From sequence record OZ196212.1: a DNA stretch of 64,000 nucleotides; one strand, written 5' to 3'. Shown here piece after piece: positions 27,206-34,655 of the stretch (the first letter of the stretch is position 1; each line of letters opens with the position of its first letter). The position numbers and the translations under genes were made by a program. A model generated the notes under the pieces. It was not told where the DNA came from. It did not search any database and saw only the letters and a program-made list of their open reading frames with translations.

Positions 27206-27449
27206 TTAGTTCGCTTTTGCAGTGCACCGAGCCACCTCAGAATTGATACATTTCGTTTGACGCGCATTCGGATGGTTACGCTTTGCGTCGTGAGTCTGTC
27301 AGCGATGCATGGCATACACACACCCCGTTTCTCACCTACTCTGCCCTACAGACGTTATCTGCTTGGTTAACAATTGCACTCGCATTAGGTATAACATGTC
27401 ACCGTCATCTTCCGGACGATTTCAGTGTATGCACTCAAAAGCGAACTAA
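27206..27449 (-). ncRNA. ~244-nt structured RNA of unknown class
   Basis: ~20-bp terminal helix TTAGTTCGCTTTTG-AGTGCA / TGCACT-GCAAAAGCGAACTAA. Confidence 0.65.
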
Positions 27450-27462
27450 TGTTGATTCTATT

Positions 27463-28011
27463 CTACTTCTCTCGCAATGTAAACAGCAGATTGCGATAAT
27501 CGAAGTTTCGTTTGTTCTTTGTATTGTAGAAGCTAGTCCAGTCGATTGCAACGGGACAATTCTTACTACCGACACGAGCAATGAATATCTCGTGTGTCGC
27601 GCTGTGCTTCGCGTTATAAGCTCTTACTCGTTTTTCATAGTGAGCTATGTATTCTGCACAAGCAGCGTTGTAATCAGCTCTAGAGAACGTCTTACCTTTC
27701 ATAAAGCGTGCATCAAGATACGGACGAATAACCCGAACGCGTTCTCCCGACCATGCCATATTAAAGCTGTTTTCAATTTCACCTAGAATTTGACCAGTCT
27801 TTAAGTTACGGCTCAGTATGACCCAACAGCGTGTACGACGATAGTCTTCAAAACGCATCACCTTAATGTGTGCATTAATGAATTCATCGCGTTTAGCGTT
27901 GCACTCAATGCGTGCTGCACGACGCTGTTCTTCAGTCATCGACTCTCGAACTTCTTTCGGATACAATGTAGCAAAGCGTTTCGGGCAATCTGCCATCGTT
28001 AGCTTTTTCAT
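27463..28011 (-). CDS. hypothetical protein
   Basis: 182-aa basic ORF. Confidence 0.7.
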   Translation of the reverse strand: MKKLTMADCPKRFATLYPKEVRESMTEEQRRAARIECNAKRDEFINAHIKVMRFEDYRRTRCWVILSRNLKTGQILGEIENSFNMAWSGERVRVIRPYLDARFMKGKTFSRADYNAACAEYIAHYEKRVRAYNAKHSATHEIFIARVGSKNCPVAIDWTSFYNTKNKRNFDYRNLLFTLREK

Positions 28012-28217
28012 ATCATACCTCTCTTGCGTTTAAGTTGCGAACGCTCAATTTGATTGAAGACTTGCTTATCTTTTGCTTTATTGCGTCGAGAATTACCCCA
28101 ACGACTTCCAGCACATACACCAAAGCGGTCTTTTTTAAGCTTCTTAGCTAACCACAATGGTACTTCGACACGAGCACGTAAGTAGTGCTTTGCGATGTCT
28201 TTATAAGTCTTGCCCAT
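28008..28217 (-). CDS. hypothetical basic protein
   Basis: GAGG RBS, MGKTYKDI start. Confidence 0.65.
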   Translation of the reverse strand: MGKTYKDIAKHYLRARVEVPLWLAKKLKKDRFGVCAGSRWGNSRRNKAKDKQVFNQIERSQLKRKRGMI

Positions 28218-28230
28218 GATAATTTCCTCT

Positions 28231-28471
28231 TGTTGCCGCTCCGTGGAATCGAACCACGTCAAACACAACACCTCGTCAGCCCAATAAGAGTTTCGAAGTA
28301 AGAGCTTACTAGCACATTAAAGCACGGGGCATTATTTCTCTCAAGCAGTTTTCGACCACCGCGTGAGCTTTCTTATCCCCAGTCCCAGTGATTCAGAACG
28401 AAACATGATAGCGAGTCATGAGTTGAACTAATGTTGGGAAAACACTGCGTATTGTACACCGAGTAAGCGGC
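28231..28471 (-). ncRNA. tmRNA-like RNA (tRNA-like domain closing ~200 nt)
   Basis: GCCGCTT/GAGCGGC acceptor, CGTGG-TTCGATT-CCACG T arm, no D stem. Confidence 0.6.
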
Positions 28472-28485
28472 ATTGTTAATAAACT

Positions 28486-28605
28486 TGGTGCCCTACGTGA
28501 ACGTTGAACGTTTTTCTACTTAGCTTCCATCTACCTCACTCAACGAAGAGCTATAGATTCCGTCAAGGTCTACTTCCACTTGACTAAGCGATTCAAACGT
28601 AGGAC
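28486..28605 (-). ncRNA. 120-nt CCA-ended non-tRNA stable RNA
   Basis: GTCCTACGT/ACGTAGGGC-A-CCA; nested helices; no T arm. Confidence 0.65.
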
Positions 28606-28644
28606 ATATTTTGAAAGTAGTCTCGTAAAACTACTTTGAGAATA

Positions 28645-28722
28645 TGGTGACCCTCGTGGGACTCGAACCCAACTATCTTTCGGTTATGAGCCGACTGCTT
28701 TTACCAGTTAAGCTAAAGGGCC
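28645..28722 (-). tRNA. tRNA-Ile2(CAT, lysidine type)
   Basis: GGCCCTT acceptor like ileX; CT-CAT-AA loop. Confidence 0.8.
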
Positions 28723-28723
28723 A

Positions 28724-29089
28724 TTATGTTTCTAGCCATCTACCAATCTTTGCAGCGAAGATGTTTTCTTCTTCGTTGATTAGCGCAGTCGATTTCATTT
28801 GATGAAACATATCTTGCTTGTGAAGCGTATCAAGTTTGACTGCACATTGCAACAACTCTTTTACGCTTCGCATAATTTCTTCTGAATCAAGCTGCGACGT
28901 TTCAGGATGATAAATCAAATTCTGAAGCACAGCTTCTATGTTGCCGTAACAACCCATACCAATAAAATTGATGATAAGTCGATACTGCATTTCTACTGAG
29001 AATGAACAATGCTTGCGCAAATTGCGCTTAACGACTTCACATACTAGCAACTTCTCTTCGAGTTCTTGCTTTATTGCTGTAAACTTCAT
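28724..29089 (-). CDS. hypothetical protein
   Basis: 121-aa ORF, GAGGTG RBS. Confidence 0.7.
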   Translation of the reverse strand: MKFTAIKQELEEKLLVCEVVKRNLRKHCSFSVEMQYRLIINFIGMGCYGNIEAVLQNLIYHPETSQLDSEEIMRSVKELLQCAVKLDTLHKQDMFHQMKSTALINEEENIFAAKIGRWLET

Positions 29090-29105
29090 TGTTCACCTCT
29101 TAAAA

Positions 29106-29228
29106 TGGTGGAGAGTGCGGGATTCGAACCACGCGGCCAAAAGATTTACTTAGTTAGTGTTTGCAGCATGAATACTTGACAATATTCTGTCAACGTTCTT
29201 TTGCTCTACCAGACTGAGCTAACTCTCC
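29106..29228 (-). ncRNA. CCA-ended tRNA scaffold with motif insert in place of the anticodon loop (T1)
   Basis: GGAGAGT/ACTCTCC-A-CCA, D arm, AAAGA/TCTTT stem enclosing ~52 nt. Confidence 0.7.
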
Positions 29229-29234
29229 ATTTAA

Positions 29235-29374
29235 AACACATTGAGCAGGGTGCAGGATTCGAACCTGCGTCACGATCTTAGAATGATATGCTGTTTGGGT
29301 TGCTGAATACAAGCTATACAACTTGCGTTTATGCTACGTGTGCTAGCCACTACACCAACCCTGCTCAATGTGTT
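29235..29374 (-). ncRNA. tRNA mimic with 17-bp extended acceptor and motif insert (T2)
   Basis: D arm, T arm GCAGG-TTCGAAT-CCTGC, no CCA, ATTCAGCAACC. Confidence 0.75.
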
Positions 29375-29607
29375 CTAGTGCAATGCCATATGAACTCACA
29401 TGGCATCACTGAACCTGTTTTATATTGCCTTAGCTAACCAACACAATCTGAAATCGTGCGCTTTAATAAAGGGAGGGCGTCCCTCTTCGCCAGTTAGCAT
29501 AGATGTGTTGCTATGCACCCATTTGTCAATCATGTCCAAGGCAAACAGAACAATGAATACGAGTGCGAGAAGATATACAATCAAATTGAAACACCTCGCT
29601 AAAAAGT

Positions 29608-29753
29608 TAGAGCATATTGGTCGTGCGTACTAGAATCGAACTAGTCCTACGATCTCCTAATGATATGCGTTATTGGTTGCTGAATACTTACTTGTCAGTA
29701 AGCGTTATGCTACGTGTGCTGCCACTACACCAACGCACGACCAATATGCTCTA
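29608..29753 (-). ncRNA. tRNA mimic with 21-bp extended acceptor and motif insert (T3)
   Basis: paralogous to T2; T arm ACTAG-TTCGATT-CTAGT. Confidence 0.75.
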
Positions 29754-29754
29754 G

Positions 29755-29909
29755 ATTATTTAATTTGCGTGCTACTTGCACGACGACTGAGCGAATTATA
29801 ACTCAGCTAGTTTTTGTTCGAGAACTCGGCGGCTAAGCCTATTCACTGCTTGTCAGAACTTAGAACTGACCTCATGTTTTCATTGCGTCTAACACGCAAA
29901 TTAAATAAT
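29755..29909 (-). ncRNA. 155-nt structured RNA
   Basis: 17-bp terminal helix ATTATTTAATTTGCGTG; internal GTCAG/CTGAC and CTGAG/CTCAG hairpins. Confidence 0.55.
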
Positions 29910-29920
29910 TCTTATCTTCA

Positions 29921-29930
29921 GTAAAGAGCA
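29921..29930 (-). promoter_or_regulatory. boxA-like antitermination site
   Basis: TGCTCTTTAC vs rrn boxA TGCTCTTTAACA, in the leader of the RNA island. Confidence 0.55.
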
Positions 29931-30019
29931 GAAACGATAAGACTAGTCTGTTTAATCAATAGTGTTCATCTTCAAGAAGAGGCGAAAACGATGAACTTAG
30001 TTCGCTTAATCAACTGTGT

Positions 30020-30146
30020 TAATCTTAGCAGCTTTTTCGCTGAAGTCAAACACTTTTTTCAAATTTCTTTCATCGAATCAAGAGTTTGTGTTGCTGTCTC
30101 TCGACTCGATGAAATACATTCTACAGGAAAACAAAGCGAAGTCAAC
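30020..30146 (-). promoter_or_regulatory. two tandem sigma70-like promoters with a motif hairpin (30068-30114) between them
   Basis: TTGACT-N16-TAGAAT and TTGACT-N16-TAAGAT with A-rich UP elements. Confidence 0.7.
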
Positions 30147-30163
30147 AAGTATTTTCAACTTTT

Positions 30164-30415
30164 TTACGATTGAATGATAATACCGCTTTCCGTCTCACCG
30201 CGCTCAAGAGCTGCGTGCTTAATCTGTAGTTGTGCTACTGCTTGTTGAAGTTCTGTGATCGTCTGATCATATAGCTTCATGTTGCTTTGCATGTGTTTAA
30301 TCTGATCGCTCTGCAAACCAACGATATAGGTAAGCAAGATGATGCTTTCATTATCTTGCAGTTCTTCACCGTCGTTGTATTTCTTCAGAACAGATTGGAT
30401 TGTAATATCAGCCAT
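30164..30415 (-). CDS. hypothetical coiled-coil protein
   Basis: MADITIQ start overlapping the 57B stop. Confidence 0.6.
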   Translation of the reverse strand: MADITIQSVLKKYNDGEELQDNESIILLTYIVGLQSDQIKHMQSNMKLYDQTITELQQAVAQLQIKHAALERGETESGIIIQS

Positions 30416-30863
30416 TGTTTTCAGCCCATGACAAATCGAGTGGTTCAACGTATTCGTCTACAAGTCGAACTTCGGCTTCGACGAACAAGGGAGTGATTGC
30501 ATCGTCATACGAAAGCGTGACGTGCGGAGTATAGTCAGGGTAATCGTGAGTACCACCGATAGAGATAAGGTCTTCATGACGCGCTACAAGCTCAGGACAT
30601 TTCATCTTCGCAACAACTGCGTGATTACCGTCTTGAGTTTTCCAGCAATCGATATACTCAATAGTTGCTACGAATGTCGTATCAACGGCAGGCACATCAA
30701 TTTGATTGCGACTGTATAGAACAGTGACGTGAAATTTATCTGGATCTAAAGGATTTGCTAGACGAAGCGATGTCTGCAAGCGAACTAACTCTTGTTTACT
30801 CGATTCGTCTAGTTTGATACCAACGTACGTCCCCTGACTTTCAAGGAACGTAGATAGTTTCAT
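30408..30863 (-). CDS. acb1: gp57B / Acb1 anti-CBASS 2H phosphodiesterase
   Basis: two HxT motifs (FHVTVLYS, PHVTLSY); WKTQDG, THDYPDYTPH and EYVEPLDLSW match T4 57B. Confidence 0.92.
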   Translation of the reverse strand: MKLSTFLESQGTYVGIKLDESSKQELVRLQTSLRLANPLDPDKFHVTVLYSRNQIDVPAVDTTFVATIEYIDCWKTQDGNHAVVAKMKCPELVARHEDLISIGGTHDYPDYTPHVTLSYDDAITPLFVEAEVRLVDEYVEPLDLSWAENNG

Positions 30864-31132
30864 TATTCTGCTTCTTTTTCTTCAGTTGGTTCAGCAGGGC
30901 GTTCAGCCTTGCCAGTAAGAATCGCGATCTCGTCAACGTAGTTTTGAAGAGACGCTGCTTTCTCTTGATCGAAATCAAGTAGCTGTGCAAGTACACCCAC
31001 GAATTGACCGAAAGACTGACGTTCAGCTTGTAGAGTTTCTTGAGTGTCGAATTGACGAACTTTCAGATCTTTTACTTGAGCTTGAAGAGTTTCGATTACT
31101 TGTTCTGGAGTTTGTTGTGACATTCTGTTCAC
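30863..31132 (-). CDS. 57A: gp57A tail fibre chaperone
   Basis: coiled coil, LKVRQFDTQE; position between 57B and gp1. Confidence 0.75.
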   Translation of the reverse strand: MNRMSQQTPEQVIETLQAQVKDLKVRQFDTQETLQAERQSFGQFVGVLAQLLDFDQEKAASLQNYVDEIAILTGKAERPAEPTEEKEAE

Positions 31133-31133
31133 C

Positions 31134-31775
31134 TTAAATTTTTAATTGATTAATTTGATCATGTAGCTCAGATAGTGAGCCGTTATTATCTATTTGAATG
31201 GCTTCGAGTATAAACCCAAGCTCTGTGTCGCTAATGTGATTAGATGCCAGTGAACCGTTTCGGTTAACTTGAAGCATTGTCCCATCAAGCTCTTGTACTA
31301 ACGCTAATTCGTTTTCGAATCGCACATCAGTAATTATAAACTTTAAATCTGGTGTATTAAACACCAATTCGTTGTATTTGTTTCTAGCGTAATTGATCCA
31401 GTGCTGTTCGTCTATCGAACGCGCTACATCGGTGCCGGTCATTTGTAGTAAGTCGCGAATACTGAATAGTCCCGTATGCGGTAGCAAGCAAAAGTAGACA
31501 TAATCATAGTCAGCGTCTACGTTGGCGTACTCACAAGCAAGAAGAACGATTTCAACCGCTTCATCAAAAGTGAATGTTGGGATTTCTCTATCGAAGTCAT
31601 CTTGACCATCTATATCAGCATATTCATACCCATAGTCTTGAAGCCCGATAAGCAATCCCTCTTTAATAGGATCAGCAAATTTGTAAATGTAAGTCTGATC
31701 ACTATGGGATTCTTTAATGACGGTTGCTACAGTATCTTTGCCTGAGCGTTTTTGTCCATTTATTCCGATTATCAT
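31134..31775 (-). CDS. 1: dNMP kinase
   Basis: IIGINGQKRSGKDT...RDLLQMTGTD...ITDVRFENE. Confidence 0.92.
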   Translation of the reverse strand: MIIGINGQKRSGKDTVATVIKESHSDQTYIYKFADPIKEGLLIGLQDYGYEYADIDGQDDFDREIPTFTFDEAVEIVLLACEYANVDADYDYVYFCLLPHTGLFSIRDLLQMTGTDVARSIDEQHWINYARNKYNELVFNTPDLKFIITDVRFENELALVQELDGTMLQVNRNGSLASNHISDTELGFILEAIQIDNNGSLSELHDQINQLKI

Positions 31776-31872
31776 AGTGTTACCAGTTTAGTGTTGTTCA
31801 TAAGCTAATTATACGCGCCAATCACCATATTCTAAACAAGTAGCGATTTAGGTTCCTATTCTCTAATACTTC

Positions 31873-31940
31873 TAATATCACTAACTTCACTAAAACTACT
31901 AATACTACTAAGATGATGCGGAATTTTTCCGCCTCGTCCA
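31873..31940 (+). repeat. 68-bp repeat, copy 1 (inverted copy at 57817-57884)
   Basis: 65/68 identity; contains GCGGAA-TTT-TTCCGC. Confidence 0.9.
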
Positions 31941-31990
31941 ATCCTGCCGCTGACGCTCAGACCTAAAAAAGCCCCTGACGGGGCTCTTGA

Positions 31991-32521
31991 TTAAACTATC
32001 GGGCTTATAACAACTTCTTTGCCATCTATCTTGTGTATCATTTCAAAGTAAGCGTATTCAAACTCAACGTCACATGTTACGACTTCAACATCACCTGCTT
32101 CTGTATAGTTCCATTCAACTTGACTTAATGACTTAGGGAACGCATTGATAAAACGATACGTTGCTACAATCTTGTCTTTGTTGTTGTCTAGAATATGAAG
32201 CAGAAGCGTTGATGGAACTTTACCATCGGGATTACTTGGTCCATTCGGATTGTTCATCGTTAACATCCAACGATATAGCTCTGCGTATGTCTTGAGATCT
32301 TCATCGACTAGAAACTGAATCGATAGCGAGTCGTAACTTGTTGCAGACCCTGCAATGTTGTTGTCAGCTAGTTTCGCGTATTTTGGACCTCTTGCGATAC
32401 TAGCAACTTCCATATTGACACCTGGGATAGCGGCAGATTGAATCTGCCACACGAACGTTTCAGTTGCGTTATTATCTGGTATGTCGATTCGGAAGTTATT
32501 CTTCATCGTTACGTTTTTCAT
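31991..32521 (-). CDS. 3: tail tube terminator / sheath stabilizer gp3
   Basis: YDSLSIQFLVDEDLKTYAELYRWM; T4 synteny. Confidence 0.85.
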   Translation of the reverse strand: MKNVTMKNNFRIDIPDNNATETFVWQIQSAAIPGVNMEVASIARGPKYAKLADNNIAGSATSYDSLSIQFLVDEDLKTYAELYRWMLTMNNPNGPSNPDGKVPSTLLLHILDNNKDKIVATYRFINAFPKSLSQVEWNYTEAGDVEVVTCDVEFEYAYFEMIHKIDGKEVVISPIV

Positions 32522-34488
32522 TACTGCGATACCCTCTGTGTAGTTCCGTTGTGTTTAGCACCACCACCAGAAACTAATGGACTTGCAAAGTTCGTTGTTT
32601 TTTGCTGCACTGAACTCACTGCTTGATTGACGATGTTGTTACCAACCGATGCTGCGTTTCTAGCAGCTTCTGCCGCTGCTTTCTGCACTGCAAGGGCTTC
32701 TAGTATCACTGCATTAGAAACCGTCTTAGCGCCCGCTACACCCTCTGTAATCATACGCTGTCTTTCAGCTTCAATTGCTGCTTGTTCAGCCATTTGCTTC
32801 TTCTCAAGTTCCATTGACAAGAAGTTGTCTAGACCTTCCGCTGAAGCTGCTAGTCCGTCAACTGGTTTAGAAAGTGTGTTACCAATGCTCTTGGCACTTT
32901 CAACAACGACTTGTCCCGCTGCTTTTGCACCATCGACTACAGCACTACCCATTTTCCCGATATAATCAGTCTCGTAGTTTGCGTTCAATCGTTCTTTGAT
33001 TGCTGCGCTTTCGCCATCTAAGTTTTCGCGTTTAGCTGTCAACTTGTCTTTGGCTAATGAATCTGGTCTATCGATTCCCGGTATCCAGTCAATCATTTCA
33101 GCAGCCATTTCTTGAACACTTAGCATCATTCGTTCGATTGCGTTCATCAGCAACGCGAATGAATCAGGAATGCTCATGAAACTCGCGATGATCTTGTTCA
33201 AGTTGTTGACAAACATGTTGAACGTGCTCTTAACAAACCCGACTACTTTATCAAACGCGCCGACGATTCCTTCGACTGCTCCCTCTGGAACTGCGTCTTT
33301 GATGTTGTCGCCAACTAATCCGAACCATGCACCGATTCCGTGTATAACGTCGCTGAACCATTGAGATACTAATCCGAATAGCAATTGTCGTTTCTCTGGG
33401 TCCATGAATATAGATTTCAATGCACCGAAAATGCGATCAATCTCTTCTTCGAAGATCTTATAGATACCGTAACCTGCAACAAGACCGACTAGTGCAACTG
33501 GGTTCAATAGAACTGCAATCACGCGTCCAAGCCCGAAGAATATCTGTCTCGCGACTGACTTCATCATTGTCTTAGCTACTTCACCAAATCCCTGCTCGGC
33601 TAAGATTTTAATCATCTTACCACTGCCGCCAGTCAATTTACCAAATCCTGATAGAGCCATTGCAGCGAGTTGTCCTAGTTTGCCGAACTTCGTAGCAGTC
33701 GCAGCCGCAGTTCCCATCGCACTACTGAAAGTCACGATTTGACCGCCAAGCATCATCAAGCCAACGCCGACGATTCTGAACAACTTAACAATCCATCCAA
33801 GCTGACGACCAGTTAGGTGATTCGCAATTCGTTTTAGATCACTTGCTTGATTGCGCTGAACTTTCATGTTCGCTTTATAGCGATGCAATTCAGTTTTACG
33901 GTCACGCGTACGCGAAACTGTTTCATATGCGAAGATCTTCTGATACAATGCGCTTATAAAGCCCACAGTGAGCGGTGAGTTATTACCCCGACCCGATGTT
34001 AGGAAACTATTCAAATCGTCGGCAGTCGTCTTCTGAAGCCCGATTATGCGCTTCATATCGTTCACTCTGAAGATTAGACGCTCGAACCAACGAGTGAATC
34101 CCTCTTGCATACGCATGAATCCGAGTTTAGCCGTCACTTTCATTTCTTGAATGCCGCGATCAATGCGCGACAAATGACCTTTAAAGTCGAGTGTCGTTTT
34201 GATCACATCGGTCAGTGAAATGATCGACGCTCGTAGTTTATTTGATCCTTCTTGGAAGTTCTCGCCAATTCGCTGAAACAGTGATTTTTGCTGAATCGTT
34301 TGCTTTTCATTGACTTTGAAAACAGACTTCATCGTGTCGAGCAATGACGTGGTGCTCACGTCTATATTGGCGACGTGACGAGCCACACGCTGCATCGTGT
34401 AGACTTCTGGTCTGTCTTCTTGTTGTAAAATCACATGATCTAATCGGTTGATTATCTCTTGTAATTTTTTGTTATTATCAGCCGACAT
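32521..34488 (-). CDS. 29: tape measure / baseplate hub gp29-like
   Basis: 655-aa helical Ala/Gly-rich protein with hydrophobic segments, next to gp26/51. Confidence 0.6.
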   Translation of the reverse strand: MSADNNKKLQEIINRLDHVILQQEDRPEVYTMQRVARHVANIDVSTTSLLDTMKSVFKVNEKQTIQQKSLFQRIGENFQEGSNKLRASIISLTDVIKTTLDFKGHLSRIDRGIQEMKVTAKLGFMRMQEGFTRWFERLIFRVNDMKRIIGLQKTTADDLNSFLTSGRGNNSPLTVGFISALYQKIFAYETVSRTRDRKTELHRYKANMKVQRNQASDLKRIANHLTGRQLGWIVKLFRIVGVGLMMLGGQIVTFSSAMGTAAATATKFGKLGQLAAMALSGFGKLTGGSGKMIKILAEQGFGEVAKTMMKSVARQIFFGLGRVIAVLLNPVALVGLVAGYGIYKIFEEEIDRIFGALKSIFMDPEKRQLLFGLVSQWFSDVIHGIGAWFGLVGDNIKDAVPEGAVEGIVGAFDKVVGFVKSTFNMFVNNLNKIIASFMSIPDSFALLMNAIERMMLSVQEMAAEMIDWIPGIDRPDSLAKDKLTAKRENLDGESAAIKERLNANYETDYIGKMGSAVVDGAKAAGQVVVESAKSIGNTLSKPVDGLAASAEGLDNFLSMELEKKQMAEQAAIEAERQRMITEGVAGAKTVSNAVILEALAVQKAAAEAARNAASVGNNIVNQAVSSVQQKTTNFASPLVSGGGAKHNGTTQRVSQ

Positions 34489-34655
34489 TATTGTGCTTCC
34501 TTATTCTTTTCTTGAATATAATGAATTAGCTGTGCGGCGTAGATATCACGCTCGAATAGAATCATCGTTTCAACGTCATGAAGAGAGAAATTGCCATGAG
34601 TGATCATGGCAAAGTTTTCTTTGTAATACTCTTCAAGTGAGTATCCACCGAGCAT
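34488..34655 (-). CDS. 51: baseplate hub assembly catalyst gp51-like (55 aa, below the ORF track cutoff)
   Basis: YYKENFAMITHGNFSLHDVETMILFERDIY. Confidence 0.75.
   Translation of the reverse strand: MLGGYSLEEYYKENFAMITHGNFSLHDVETMILFERDIYAAQLIHYIQEKNKEAQ

Noticed and set aside
28231-28471. Canonical tmRNA (ssrA)
   Set aside because: No G3:U70, no encoded CCA, and too short; kept only as tmRNA-like.
29400-29570. ATAGCAA hairpin near 29490 as another motif copy
   Set aside because: It falls within a plausible ~54-aa minus-strand membrane ORF (TTG start, GAGGTG RBS) and lacks the ACG/TG flanks.
27086-29753. Group I/II or archaeal-type introns in the interrupted tRNAs
   Set aside because: The inserts are only ~40-60 nt, with no catalytic core and no clear bulge-helix-bulge. 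Removing them from T1-T3 does not restore a normal anticodon loop.
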